The position numbers and the translations under genes are program-made. Below are positions 1 to 10,231 of a stretch of 64,000 nt of DNA, piece after piece; the first letter of the stretch is position 1; each line of letters opens with the position of its first letter. The notes below the pieces were generated by a model. That model worked only from the letters and a program-made list of their open reading frames with translations, ran no database searches and was not told the origin of the DNA. The stretch is from Escherichia phage OliverMaurmann_Bas86. The stretch lies in the sequence record PQ850622.1, one strand, 5' to 3'.

Positions 1-1619
1 TTGGTGTAACTCGTACTGGTATCAACTCTGATATCAAACAGTTTACGCAGAAGGTAACTTTCCAGCAACCTGTTACTGTTCCTGATGCTGTAGGTGATTA
101 TGATGCAGTTACACTGAGACAGCTTCGTAACAGTAGTGGAGGTTCTGGTGGTCCTACCATGAGCGGTATCTCCAACTTTGGTATTGGCGATTTCCATCTT
201 CGTGATAGTCGTGCTTTTATCCCAGCTTTTGAAGTTTTGTCTGACGGGCAGCTTCTGAATCGTGCTGACTACCCAGATCTGTGGGCTTATGCACAATTAT
301 TGTCACCTATAGAGGATTCAGAGTGGGTAGATGACATTTACCAACGAGGTAAATACTCTAAAGGAGATGGCTCCACTACTTTCCGTGTTCCAGACCGAAA
401 TGGTATTCAGCTTAACTCCCTTCCGGCGCTTTATGGACGAGGTGATGGTGGAGCTTCGGCTGCTAATGGTCTAATATTTGATGCTGCTGCTCCTAATATT
501 TATGGGGATATTGGTGGTGTTGTTGCTTATGGTCAGACTGGAGCTATCGCCAGAGGGCAGGAAGAAACGGCTCTCGCCCCTCAACCTAGCACTGGTAATG
601 GTGTCTTGAGGGTTAGTTTAAATGCCTCACTAGTCAGTCCTGTTTATGGTCGTTCCACTGATGAAATCCTAACCCGTAACTTTGTAGGCGTTTGGACTAT
701 TCGTGCGCATGGTGGTTTTACTGCTGCTAATACTTCTTGGTCAGTTATTAATAGTGATGCAAACCGTCCTGCTGGTGGAACTCGAGCAACTAGTGGTTCT
801 ATTATTGCTGAATATAAAATTGGTTCAGAAGTAGAGGCTTCTACTACGCTCCAAACTGATGCTTATATCGACGGAGCTTACTATGGGGTTATCAATGTTT
901 ATAATAAAACCAAAGGAGTTACCAAGCAACTATCTTTTGACGATTCTGGAACCCTGAACTCTGATAGATATGCTGCTCGGTTTGGGACATTGATGACTTG
1001 GAGCGAAACAGGAAGTCGCAGAGGTACTTTTTCTATAGACAACCAAGGGATAGGGACTAACTTCTCCTTCAACTCCATACTAAGTGCCTCTCAAGCAACT
1101 AGTGGGGGGTACAAAACTACCACCCATGTTGGCATGATTCACAACGATACTGGATCTTTTGCTGATTCCTGCTGGCATGTTGCAGGGGATGAAGACAACA
1201 AATACGGTTGTCGTTTAACCCTTAGACCAAGCAGGAATGAGATTTATTACTACACTTGGCAGCCCGGCTCCACTGGAACTTACACTCTTGCTATGAATCC
1301 TGTGTCAGATGAAAGGTTGAAACACAACATTCAAGACCTCTCGCCTGATGAAGCAATTCGTGCGATTAAAGGTTTGGACTTCAAATCGTTTGTGTACAAC
1401 AATGATAATCAAGGAAGAACTCGTCGTGGTATCATTGCACAGCAGGCAGAGAAAGTTGAACCTCTTTATGTTAAAACTCGTAAATTCCATGACAACGATG
1501 GGGTAGAGCAGGAACAGAAAGAGTTGGATGCAACTCCAATGCTTTTAGATACCATGCAGGTTGTTCAAGATCTGCTGAAGCGTATTGAAGTTCTAGAAGC
1601 GAAGTTAGCAGAGAAGTGA
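1..1619 (+). CDS. Tail fiber/tailspike protein, 5' end outside window
   Basis: The frame of ORF 159..1619 stays open back to nt 3 (GVTRTGINSDIK..DAVTLRQL). Tail-collar-like motif ADYPDLWAY..GDGSTTFRVPDRNG. C-terminal SDERLKHNI..GIIAQQAEKV plus coiled coil resembles the S74 intramolecular chaperone domain. Confidence 0.75.
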   Translation, partial: GVTRTGINSDIKQFTQKVTFQQPVTVPDAVGDYDAVTLRQLRNSSGGSGGPTMSGISNFGIGDFHLRDSRAFIPAFEVLSDGQLLNRADYPDLWAYAQLLSPIEDSEWVDDIYQRGKYSKGDGSTTFRVPDRNGIQLNSLPALYGRGDGGASAANGLIFDAAAPNIYGDIGGVVAYGQTGAIARGQEETALAPQPSTGNGVLRVSLNASLVSPVYGRSTDEILTRNFVGVWTIRAHGGFTAANTSWSVINSDANRPAGGTRATSGSIIAEYKIGSEVEASTTLQTDAYIDGAYYGVINVYNKTKGVTKQLSFDDSGTLNSDRYAARFGTLMTWSETGSRRGTFSIDNQGIGTNFSFNSILSASQATSGGYKTTTHVGMIHNDTGSFADSCWHVAGDEDNKYGCRLTLRPSRNEIYYYTWQPGSTGTYTLAMNPVSDERLKHNIQDLSPDEAIRAIKGLDFKSFVYNNDNQGRTRRGIIAQQAEKVEPLYVKTRKFHDNDGVEQEQKELDATPMLLDTMQVVQDLLKRIEVLEAKLAEK

Positions 1620-1622
1620 GAT

Positions 1623-1642
1623 AAGCCCCTTCGGGGGCTTTT
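1623..1642 (+). terminator. Rho-independent terminator
   Basis: AAGCCCC-ttcg-GGGGCTT followed by a T run, just after the stop at 1619. Confidence 0.8.
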
Positions 1643-1708
1643 AGGAGTGAAACTGGTGAATAAGTAATGAAACTACTATATCCAAAAGGAAAATGAAAGG
1701 AGAAGAAA

Positions 1709-1927
1709 ATGAAAATGATGAAACAGGTAACTTATGGTCTAGCTTGCTTAGGGACAGGTTTTGTGATTTCCACAGCAGTACCTGTAAATGCAGTAGGCTC
1801 TCATTCTATTATAGAAGCTCCTGTAGAGAAGCTTAGTTCTCAATGTAAACAAAGGACCATTCAAAATAATTTGGTTGTTATTTGCCCAGACGCTCAATCT
1901 TCAGCTCTGAGAAAAATTCTTCCTTAA
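1709..1927 (+). CDS. Small protein with N-terminal hydrophobic segment (secreted protein or single-TMD holin candidate)
   Basis: RBS aaaggag. MKMMKQ then VTYGLACLGTGFVISTAVPVNAV. Sits directly upstream of the endolysin. Confidence 0.5.
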   Translation: MKMMKQVTYGLACLGTGFVISTAVPVNAVGSHSIIEAPVEKLSSQCKQRTIQNNLVVICPDAQSSALRKILP

Positions 1928-1960
1928 TTGACCTAAAATAACAACAAAAGGAGGTCAAAG

Positions 1961-2452
1961 ATGGACGCTATCGCATTGCCGCCTGTACAGATGAGCCTAA
2001 GTCCGGCTGGTATGGAGTTTATCATGAAGCATGAAGGCATGAGAACTAAAGCCTATAAAGACTCCGCTGGAATCTGGACTATATGTGTAGGGGCTACGCG
2101 CGATATGAATGGGTATCCAGTAAGACAAGGATTAACGTATTCTATAGAGGATTGTCTAGCTCTGCTAGATAGAGACACACAAGACTCTGTTCGTGCTACT
2201 CAGAAAAACATAAGAGTTCCTATGCTAGCTCATGAATTTGATGCTGTCACTTCTTTCAACTTTAATGTTGGTGGTGGTGCTTTGTCAGCTTCAAAACTTA
2301 GGAAAGTGATCAACGGAGATGTGAAGGGTGATGTTTACTCAGAGTTCTTACGTTGGGATAAGATAACTGTTAAAGGTGTAAAGCAGCGGAGTCCGGGACT
2401 TCACAATCGCAGGGTTGCAGAAGCAAATCTATACACTACAGGAAAATATTAA
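1961..2452 (+). CDS. Endolysin, GH24 (T4/lambda-type lysozyme)
   Basis: HEGMRTKAYKDSAGIWTICVGAT matches the E-x8-D-x5-T lysozyme catalytic motif. RBS aaaggagg. Confidence 0.85.
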   Translation: MDAIALPPVQMSLSPAGMEFIMKHEGMRTKAYKDSAGIWTICVGATRDMNGYPVRQGLTYSIEDCLALLDRDTQDSVRATQKNIRVPMLAHEFDAVTSFNFNVGGGALSASKLRKVINGDVKGDVYSEFLRWDKITVKGVKQRSPGLHNRRVAEANLYTTGKY

Positions 2453-2464
2453 TGGAGGTGCCTT

Positions 2465-3268
2465 TTGGCTATCGAAACAACTGCGGTAGTTACTACCGAT
2501 TTAAACCCCCTATACCCACGGGACAGGGACTACCTTTATGAAGGGGCTGCCCAGATACGACTGGTCAAACAAGTCTTAATTAACACTTTCCCTAACATCA
2601 CAGAGCCGGTTCAACTTGACTCAGATTCTTTCAACATCCTAGCAAACAAGGTCTCTTTTACTGGAGACTCTATGGACGTTGGTGGTTTGATGATTAAGAA
2701 CCTAACTCCGGGAACTGGTGATAAAGATGCTGTAACCAAAGGTCAGATGGAAGCTTTCATGTTGAATTGGATGCAAAATAAACTATACCGTATTGGTTCT
2801 TATTACATCACTGAGGAAGATATTAATCCGGGAGACTCCAGCTCTCTTGGCTTCGGTTCTTGGGCTAAAGTAACTGGTGTTGTTATGGGTACTGGTGTTG
2901 TTAACCCTGACGGTTCTGTTCCTAACGCCCAGCGTGTGGAATTCCAAGCAGGTGGTACAGGAGGTCGTGTATTCAACACAATCCGTGCTGATAATATGCC
3001 TCTTACTACAATCAATGGTTCTAGTTTCCAAGTCAGTTCTTATTCCCACTCGCACAACATCACGATGGGTCGAGGTGATGCTAGTGGTCACAATAGCAGC
3101 CCTAATTGGTATAGTCCGGGTGGTGGTTACACTCAGGTAACTGACACCAACACTCACTCCCACTCAATCACAGGTTCTGTTAGTTTTGGGCGTGATGATG
3201 TATCAAGACAACCTATCAACACTTTGCCGCCTTTCAGAGCAGCGCATATTTGGAGACGTATTAGCTAA
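2465..3268 (+). CDS. Tail fiber-like protein with C-terminal HxH repeats
   Basis: TTG start behind ggaggtg. DAVTKGQMEAF fiber N-motif. HSHSHNIT..THSHSITG repeats resemble metal-binding fiber tips. Confidence 0.6.
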   Translation: MAIETTAVVTTDLNPLYPRDRDYLYEGAAQIRLVKQVLINTFPNITEPVQLDSDSFNILANKVSFTGDSMDVGGLMIKNLTPGTGDKDAVTKGQMEAFMLNWMQNKLYRIGSYYITEEDINPGDSSSLGFGSWAKVTGVVMGTGVVNPDGSVPNAQRVEFQAGGTGGRVFNTIRADNMPLTTINGSSFQVSSYSHSHNITMGRGDASGHNSSPNWYSPGGGYTQVTDTNTHSHSITGSVSFGRDDVSRQPINTLPPFRAAHIWRRIS

Positions 3269-3277
3269 GGAGGAATC

Positions 3278-6200
3278 ATGGCGCTTTATCCAATAAAATC
3301 TTTAGGGGCTGTAGGGGTTATTGCTGACCAAGCTCCAACTGATTTAGCACCTAATGCTTTCACTAATGCTATCAATGCCCGCTTTGTAGAGCAAAGAGTT
3401 TTTAAGACGGGGGGCAATGCCCCTCTTTCTTATGTAGAAGAAGATAAAGAGATTACACCACTCTCTTTTATCTCAATGCCTTTTGACTACTACAGTGCAG
3501 GTAATAGCTTTCTGGTTGTTGGTACAGACAAAAAGCTATATAAGTTGACAGATGAAAGCTTGACAGATATCAGCCGTAAGGTTGCCACTGTCACAAAAAG
3601 AGCTTCTGCTTCTATTAAGATTTATCCGGTTGTTTCTCAGATTGTTCCTAAAGAGACTTCCATTTCAATGAATTTCAACCAAACTAAAACTTTGGAAGTT
3701 TCTGTTCTTCCGGAAGATGCTAATAATACATCTCTGGTTTGGGAAGTCAGTAATTCCTCTTATGGTAAGGTAGAGGTTGATCCTAGTAATCCTAAAATTG
3801 CAACTCTAACTTCTTATGAAAGAGAGGGGAATTTAGTAGTCACTGTATCAACAGCCGATGAATCTATCAGCGCTCAGATTGCAGTAAACATTATAGATGG
3901 TGATTCTGGTATCTTCTTAAGCCAAGACACAATAACCGTTCGTAAAGGTGGTAACACTACAATAACTGCTGTTACTGGAAAAACCCCTGTAACTTGGACT
4001 TCTAGTAACAATTCAATCCTCTCCATCACACCGAACACTAACACACTAACGGCATCCTTATTTGCAAATGGAGAAGGCAGTGTTACTGTAACAGCGGATA
4101 ATGGCGTGAAGAGTGCTTCGTGCCAAGTTAATGTTATACCACAGATTGACAGCATCACTCTAAGTCAGACTGATGTCCAAATGAGCAGAGGTACTCAGTA
4201 CGTCCTGACTGCTACAGTTAATCCTTCAGATGCTCCTAATAAGACGATAACTTGGACTTCCTCTAACCCTAATATTGCTACAGTTTCCGGAAACAGTACA
4301 GAAGCAGTAATCACTGGACTACTTGCTGGGTTTACTGAAATCACAGCTGTTACCCAAGAAGGAAATAGAGCAGCAACTTGTACGGTAAGGGTAGACCTAG
4401 GTGGAAGAATGATGCGAACTTCTGCAATGTCTTTTTCGGAACCTATGGTTAAGGAGGTACAGTCAGAGGTTGACAATACCTATGCCCCTGCTGAAACAGA
4501 AGAGGTTTTGTATTTTGTAAGTGAGCCTTCTGGTATAGACACTTCAGGTATGTACGAAGGGAACAACTTCTACGACTACTCAAACGTCAATGACATGGAA
4601 GGTTTTGCACGGGCTGCACTTTTGGCTAACGATGCTCCTTTACAGTCGCTCTCTTTAGATATTATTAATGCATCCCTTGATGTTGGAGAAGACATTGTAA
4701 TCACAGCTAATGCTTTACCTGAGGGAGAGTATTTCTACCAGTGGACAGTAGACAAAGCAGGTTATGTTTCAACTACATCTACTACTGGAAAATCTCTAAA
4801 ACTGACAGCTATTCGTAAAGGTGAGATCAAAGTTACTTGTACTGCTAGTCAAATGACTCAGAAAGATTATGATGCTTTTGACGACTATCCTTGGTATCAC
4901 ACCATAATCTCTAACTGTGCAGTGGCTACCACTCATTATGAAACACCACAGGTCAAAGAGTTTGAATCTGAGTATTTCGTAGATCTTCCGGGATGGGGTG
5001 AGCAAACAGTCGTTGATAATGATGGCAATCCTTCTGTTAAGAAATTTAACTGGAAGTGTGAGCGTATTCGTGCATTCAACAACAGACTTTTTGCTCTGAA
5101 TATGAGGGAATCTAATGCATCTGGTGTAACTACTCACTACCCTCTAAGACTTCGGTGGTCGAATTTCGCTAACGAAAACAAAGCTCCATCTCTTTGGGAT
5201 GATTATGCTTATGATCGTTTAACAACTTCAGACCTATCAGCAAACATTGTTGGTCAAACTGAGGCTTTGGAAAATGGGTACGCTGGGTATATAGATTTAG
5301 CAGATTCTAACGGAAGTTTGATTGATGTACTTCCTCTGAAAGATTACCTTTTTGTTTACACGGAGTTCGAAACCTACATTGGTTCTCCAACCAATAACAC
5401 ATATCAGCCCCTTATGTTTAAGAAGCTGTTTAATGACTCTGGCATACTTGCTCCTGAGTGTGCAGTTGAAGTCGAAGGTGGACACTTCGTAGTAACTCAA
5501 AATGATGTGATCTTACATAATGGTGCATCTAAAAAATCTATAGCATCTAACCGAGTCAAGAATCTTCTCATTAATGAGATCTGTCTAGTAAACCCTCTAG
5601 CTACTAGAGTTCACCTACACCAAGACAAGAAAGAGGTTTGGGTTTTATATGTAGGTCCGGGAGAGCCTAAAGAGAGTTTTGCTTGTAATAAAGCCGCTGT
5701 TTGGAATTATGAGTTTGACACTTGGTCTTTCCGTACAATACCATATGCTCAGTGTATTGGGTTAGTCGATCCACCAGTTCTTGAGAGAGGTCCAATCTGG
5801 GCAGATTTTCAAGAGATCACTTGGGATGATCCCTCTATTAACCAATTAGTCTGGAGAAAGGATGCTAATAACTTCCGTCAAAGGATTACAATAGTTGGCT
5901 CTTTCCTGAAGGGATTCTATCAAGTGGATGTTGGTGCTCTGGACTACATCTATGATAGAACCAATGATAGGATTATAGAAAAACCTTTAGAAATGAGGCT
6001 AGAAAGAACTGGTATTGATTTTGATAATGTCACTAATGAGTGGAATCAAAAACATATTAATAGATTTAGACCTCAAGTTACTGGTACAGGTACTTATACT
6101 TTTGAAGTCGGTGGAAGTCAATTCTCAAACGAGTATGGACACAATCACTCAACTAAAGAGTTTAGGGTAGGCTCAGATCGTCATGTATCCGTGAGACTGA

Positions 6201-6301
6201 ACCATCCATACCTATTCTATAATGTTATAGATAATGATGTTAACAGTAATGCTTCTATGAATGGTTTAACCATAGAGTTTAGTGTTGGCGGTCGAAGATA
6301 A
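3278..6301 (+). CDS. Large virion/tail protein with three to four Big_2 Ig-like domains
   Basis: Repeated ..TLxVxVxPxDAxNKxVTWxSSNxxIATV.. modules in residues ~120-370. RBS aaggagg. Confidence 0.75.
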   Translation: MALYPIKSLGAVGVIADQAPTDLAPNAFTNAINARFVEQRVFKTGGNAPLSYVEEDKEITPLSFISMPFDYYSAGNSFLVVGTDKKLYKLTDESLTDISRKVATVTKRASASIKIYPVVSQIVPKETSISMNFNQTKTLEVSVLPEDANNTSLVWEVSNSSYGKVEVDPSNPKIATLTSYEREGNLVVTVSTADESISAQIAVNIIDGDSGIFLSQDTITVRKGGNTTITAVTGKTPVTWTSSNNSILSITPNTNTLTASLFANGEGSVTVTADNGVKSASCQVNVIPQIDSITLSQTDVQMSRGTQYVLTATVNPSDAPNKTITWTSSNPNIATVSGNSTEAVITGLLAGFTEITAVTQEGNRAATCTVRVDLGGRMMRTSAMSFSEPMVKEVQSEVDNTYAPAETEEVLYFVSEPSGIDTSGMYEGNNFYDYSNVNDMEGFARAALLANDAPLQSLSLDIINASLDVGEDIVITANALPEGEYFYQWTVDKAGYVSTTSTTGKSLKLTAIRKGEIKVTCTASQMTQKDYDAFDDYPWYHTIISNCAVATTHYETPQVKEFESEYFVDLPGWGEQTVVDNDGNPSVKKFNWKCERIRAFNNRLFALNMRESNASGVTTHYPLRLRWSNFANENKAPSLWDDYAYDRLTTSDLSANIVGQTEALENGYAGYIDLADSNGSLIDVLPLKDYLFVYTEFETYIGSPTNNTYQPLMFKKLFNDSGILAPECAVEVEGGHFVVTQNDVILHNGASKKSIASNRVKNLLINEICLVNPLATRVHLHQDKKEVWVLYVGPGEPKESFACNKAAVWNYEFDTWSFRTIPYAQCIGLVDPPVLERGPIWADFQEITWDDPSINQLVWRKDANNFRQRITIVGSFLKGFYQVDVGALDYIYDRTNDRIIEKPLEMRLERTGIDFDNVTNEWNQKHINRFRPQVTGTGTYTFEVGGSQFSNEYGHNHSTKEFRVGSDRHVSVRLNHPYLFYNVIDNDVNSNASMNGLTIEFSVGGRR

Positions 6302-6307
6302 CAAATA

Positions 6308-6334
6308 GGGGCTTCGGCCCCTTTTATTGTTTTT
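6308..6334 (+). terminator. Rho-independent terminator
   Basis: GGGGC-ttcg-GCCCC followed by TTTTATTGTTTTT. Confidence 0.8.
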
Positions 6335-6348
6335 AATTGGAGGTACTT

Positions 6349-7317
6349 ATGGGTGCTGGAGGTTTTCGAAAGAATACTGGTAGAAACAACACCACACTTC
6401 CGTACAATGTTGGTTTTCTAAACAATGTGCAGGATACAGAAACTTACAACGTTGCCGTCTATGATGAACTACAAAAAGTTAGTACAGCAACTAATCAGAT
6501 GTTTCAAGCCATTGATGAAATACATGAAGAAATTGATGTTAGGATTAAAGCTCTTAATGCAATGAATCTTCAATTTGATGAACTTGAAAACAGAATTACT
6601 ACAGAGATCGAAACAGCTATTGCTGACATTCAAACACAGATGGGCAATCTGTCCACTGAAGATATTTGGGATAATTCAGTACAACCGCCAGTTAAGCTAG
6701 AAAGTTCTATGGCAGGGTTTAAAACTTCTATAGAAGGTAATGAGGTTAAGATACAGTCTGTTGAGGGAATCGTAAACCAGCAGGGAGAGGAAATTGGCTT
6801 AGTTCAAACAGAGATCTCCAACATTAACAGCAGTCTATCTTCTTATATGAAGCTATCTGACTACGAAGCTACGTGGGGAATTAACTCAAACGTCAACGGC
6901 AGGTATGCTGGTGTCAAACTAACTAACAACGGCACGAATAGTCAGTTCCAAGTTACAGCTGATAAGTTTGTTGTAGGTGATGGTAACTCGGGTAATACAC
7001 CTTTTGTGTTTGAAGGAGGTCGAGCTAAGATAGAGTTTGCTGATATTAAGAACGTCAATATCACAACTGCTCAAATTGCTAATGCTCGTATTCAGTTTGC
7101 TCAAATAGATAACGTGTGGATTACTGATGGTCAGATTGCCAATCTTACAGCTAACAAGATCACTGCTGGCTCTATGAGTGGTTCAAACTGGAGACTTACT
7201 GTTGGTGGGGATTTTGTGATGGGTGGCACAGGTGGGGCACAGCTCTGGATGAATGGTAATAGAATTGATTTCTATGATGGGAGCGGTGCACTGAGAATCA
7301 GAATAGGGAGTTGGTAA
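6349..7317 (+). CDS. Tail fiber/host-specificity-like protein
   Basis: ATG at 6349 behind ggagg (the track start at 6337 is TTG). C-terminal ITTAQIANARIQFAQIDNVWITDGQIANLTANKITAG repeats resemble lambda J-type fiber repeats. Confidence 0.6.
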   Translation: MGAGGFRKNTGRNNTTLPYNVGFLNNVQDTETYNVAVYDELQKVSTATNQMFQAIDEIHEEIDVRIKALNAMNLQFDELENRITTEIETAIADIQTQMGNLSTEDIWDNSVQPPVKLESSMAGFKTSIEGNEVKIQSVEGIVNQQGEEIGLVQTEISNINSSLSSYMKLSDYEATWGINSNVNGRYAGVKLTNNGTNSQFQVTADKFVVGDGNSGNTPFVFEGGRAKIEFADIKNVNITTAQIANARIQFAQIDNVWITDGQIANLTANKITAGSMSGSNWRLTVGGDFVMGGTGGAQLWMNGNRIDFYDGSGALRIRIGSW

Positions 7318-7318
7318 T

Positions 7319-8350
7319 ATGGCTTATGGAATATGGTGTCAACCTGTAGGACCGGGACCAGCTTCCCCAGCTCCTCTCTTTATTGATAGCGGAAGCACTT
7401 TTCCTCAAATAAAAAATTCAATAAGTGGGAGTTTCAACTTTAACGGGGCTGGTAGATCTTTTCCTATTAGTGGGTGGGATGGGAGTGGTCAAATAGTGAT
7501 TGTACCAACAGGCTCTCTTTGTTGGCAATGGGAGGTTCCTCCTAATTTAGTTCCTGATGTATATTGTGTCAACAATATCTATGTAGAGAATAACACATCA
7601 TTCAGGGTTACATTAAACCAAAACCCGGGAAGCAACCCTTTGTTTGACTGTGGTTTCAATGTATATCAAATCTACCCAAGAGCTGATAGGAACTATGGAA
7701 TAACCTTCTCTAATACAGCTGATTATTTCTCTATCTCAGATGCTGGGATTGTGGGTCAATGCATCTGGGCTTGGCAAGGAACTATAAACAACGCTCTACA
7801 GATACCTGATATTGGTGGTTTCTATATGCCTAATGCTGTAGTTTTTGCTAACTGGTCTGATGGTGGTGTTGGTTTATCTTATACATCAGGAGATAGGGTG
7901 ATTCGAGTTTATCAAAACAGGTCTTATAACAATGGCAACACTAATGAAGGTGGTTCTGTGTTTGCTAGGGTTGCTGTATTTTGTAATGGTGCTGGGGTTC
8001 CTGAACACAACGGCGGTTTAAATATATACTCTCCCGGAACTACTCAGTGCGTATTCTCTACTTATAGGTCTCCTTTTACAGTAGACACTTTCGTAGGCTC
8101 AGCAGGTGGAAATACTGGCTTAGCTTATCCTATGATTCCTCTGTCTTCTGGAGTTGGAGCTATCAGAGGAAGTGGGAGTGGTTGGTATTATCAACAAATG
8201 CGTTCTCATACCATGTCAGGGTCTTCAATAGGAACTGGATATGGTAGATATATGTTCCAATGGTCTAATAGTTATGACTTAGGTTCTAATGCTGCTGTTA
8301 ATATCTCCATCCCTGTAATCAACGCTGCTAAGATTTTTGCAGGTTTATGA
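7319..8350 (+). CDS. Hypothetical virion protein
   Basis: Long ORF tightly coupled to its neighbours in the late operon. No motif recognised. Confidence 0.55.
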   Translation: MAYGIWCQPVGPGPASPAPLFIDSGSTFPQIKNSISGSFNFNGAGRSFPISGWDGSGQIVIVPTGSLCWQWEVPPNLVPDVYCVNNIYVENNTSFRVTLNQNPGSNPLFDCGFNVYQIYPRADRNYGITFSNTADYFSISDAGIVGQCIWAWQGTINNALQIPDIGGFYMPNAVVFANWSDGGVGLSYTSGDRVIRVYQNRSYNNGNTNEGGSVFARVAVFCNGAGVPEHNGGLNIYSPGTTQCVFSTYRSPFTVDTFVGSAGGNTGLAYPMIPLSSGVGAIRGSGSGWYYQQMRSHTMSGSSIGTGYGRYMFQWSNSYDLGSNAAVNISIPVINAAKIFAGL

Positions 8351-8362
8351 TAAGGAGTTTTT

Positions 8363-9160
8363 ATGACAAAAATAATGGGAGTGTCAGAGCTTGACCCTTT
8401 GGTCCAACAAGCTTCTAAGAAATATGGCATTCCTGCTGCTCTTATACATGCAGTGATTCAGAGAGAGTCTAATGGAAGACCTTCTGTTGAATCTGGTACA
8501 GGACCAGTAGGTTTAATGCAAATCAGTAAGGGGTTGGCTAAAGATTATGGATATAAACTTGAAGATAGGTTAGACCCTGCAAAGAATATTGACATGGGTG
8601 CTAGATATTTAAGAGATAACCTGAAAGCTTTTGATGGTGATGTGAGGAAGGCTTTGGTGGGGTATTCAGAAGGAACTGGTGGTGCTAAGCAAATGTTTGC
8701 TGGTAAGAGAGGGTTTACACCTCAAGCTTTAGATTCAATGAATAATAAGCTGTTCCTACCATTCTTTGATAAGAACACAGCAGCGGCACAAGTGGCTAAT
8801 CCTGTAGGTGCTTTGAAAGCAGTTCAGCCTGTGGACCAGTTTGATTCTAATACGCTGACTAGAGAAGGTGCTGCAAACGCTCCTACTCAAGCAGAGATAG
8901 CTGCAAGCAAGGCTGGAGCTTTAGGTGGTCGTCCTGTAGAGTTTTACTCTGATGAACAATCTACTGGGGAAAATCAAAAACCTCAACAGAACTTTGGAAA
9001 TGCTGTATTGGCAGCTGCTTCTATGCTTGCAGGAAAACAGCCTAACTCTCAAACCGTACAGAGAGCACATGCCCCTACTCAAGCAGGTTCTCGATACAGT
9101 CCACAAACACAAGCCGTGCTGAGACGTTTGTCTAGCATAGGTACTGATATTTACAGATAA
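8363..9160 (+). CDS. Lytic transglycosylase (SLT domain), probably virion-associated
   Basis: IQRESNGRP..GPVGLMQIS..Y is the SLT catalytic Glu-Ser and GLMQ motif. Confidence 0.85.
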   Translation: MTKIMGVSELDPLVQQASKKYGIPAALIHAVIQRESNGRPSVESGTGPVGLMQISKGLAKDYGYKLEDRLDPAKNIDMGARYLRDNLKAFDGDVRKALVGYSEGTGGAKQMFAGKRGFTPQALDSMNNKLFLPFFDKNTAAAQVANPVGALKAVQPVDQFDSNTLTREGAANAPTQAEIAASKAGALGGRPVEFYSDEQSTGENQKPQQNFGNAVLAAASMLAGKQPNSQTVQRAHAPTQAGSRYSPQTQAVLRRLSSIGTDIYR

Positions 9161-9169
9161 GGAGGACGT

Positions 9170-10222
9170 ATGTCTCTTTTCGGTTCTGCTCCTAAATCTA
9201 AGACTACGGTAGCTCCGTCTTCTCAGGTTGATGCTCTTCTGAAACAGATTGTAGCAAATGCTCAGGCTATGAATCAAAACGATCAAGGTTTTATTGGTCG
9301 TAACGTAGCGGGTTTTAATGAAAACCAAACAGCAGCTCTTTCTAATTTAGCAAATTCTAACACACTCAACCAACTCAGTCAGATGTACACCCCTAGAACT
9401 CAACAAGGGTTGGACCAGATGAATGAGTTGGCTCAGAAATATCAAAACCTAGTTAATAAAGGTGGTATCACTGCTCAGGATGTTAATAATTTTAGCTCTG
9501 GATTGAATAGCTCTGCTTTAGCTAAGTCTACAGGTAAAGCTGCTGCTAATGTATCTCTTGGTAATGGTTCTGATTCAGGTTCTCTTAGACGTGCTGCTGC
9601 TCAAGGTGCTGCTCTTTCTTCAGCGAACACTAATCTCTCTCGCTCTATTCAGGGTAAAAATATGGGTGTTAACACTCTTCTGAATAACAACTCTTATCAG
9701 CAAGGTTTGCTAAACGCTCAATCTGGTTTAGCAGGTCAGAACTTGAATCTAGGTGCTGCTGGAGTACAAGCTGGTCAACAGGCAATACAGAATCAGCTTA
9801 CTGCTGGTAATCTTCAACAACAGCAAGATCAACTCCAAGCTAACAACAATTGGGAGAATGCTATTGGCAATCAACAGTACGGTTGGAATCAGCTTAACAA
9901 TCAGCTTAATGTATTAAACTCAGTAAGCCCTATGGCTGGATACACTATTACTAATAAAGGTGCTGCCCCTAGTGCTTCGCAACAAATCCTTGGTGCTGGC
10001 GTTACAGGTCTTGGTATTGCTGGTCGTTTAGGTGCTTTTACCCCTAACCAGCAAACTACTAATGCTTGGAACTCATACAATGCTTCTGGAGGTCAAGCCG
10101 GATTGGCTGGTCCTATGATTGGTGGCTCAAACCTGTCTCAACAGAATGGTCAGAGCAACTGGTTATCTACCGCAGGAAGTAATATCTTAGGTGGTGTTCT
10201 AGGAGCCTTTGGAGCAAATTAA
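9170..10222 (+). CDS. Q/N/G-rich low-complexity virion protein (paralog 1)
   Basis: MSLFGS..KTT start, NVAGFNENQTAALSNL motif, Gly-rich hydrophobic C-tail. Paralog of 10232..11200. Confidence 0.6.
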   Translation: MSLFGSAPKSKTTVAPSSQVDALLKQIVANAQAMNQNDQGFIGRNVAGFNENQTAALSNLANSNTLNQLSQMYTPRTQQGLDQMNELAQKYQNLVNKGGITAQDVNNFSSGLNSSALAKSTGKAAANVSLGNGSDSGSLRRAAAQGAALSSANTNLSRSIQGKNMGVNTLLNNNSYQQGLLNAQSGLAGQNLNLGAAGVQAGQQAIQNQLTAGNLQQQQDQLQANNNWENAIGNQQYGWNQLNNQLNVLNSVSPMAGYTITNKGAAPSASQQILGAGVTGLGIAGRLGAFTPNQQTTNAWNSYNASGGQAGLAGPMIGGSNLSQQNGQSNWLSTAGSNILGGVLGAFGAN

Positions 10223-10231
10223 GGAGGAGCT

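Noticed and set aside
2783-3163. Antisense and alternative-frame ORFs inside the tail fiber gene (2783..3163, 2803..3015, 2877..3140)
   Set aside because: They are fully embedded in a well-supported gene and lack an RBS. Their odd composition is typical of shadow frames. The same reasoning applies to 1305..1490, 3874..4158, 4195..4476, 4796..5137, 5297..5500, 6919..7104, 8921..9328, 10478..10724, 11998..12394 and 12962..17180.
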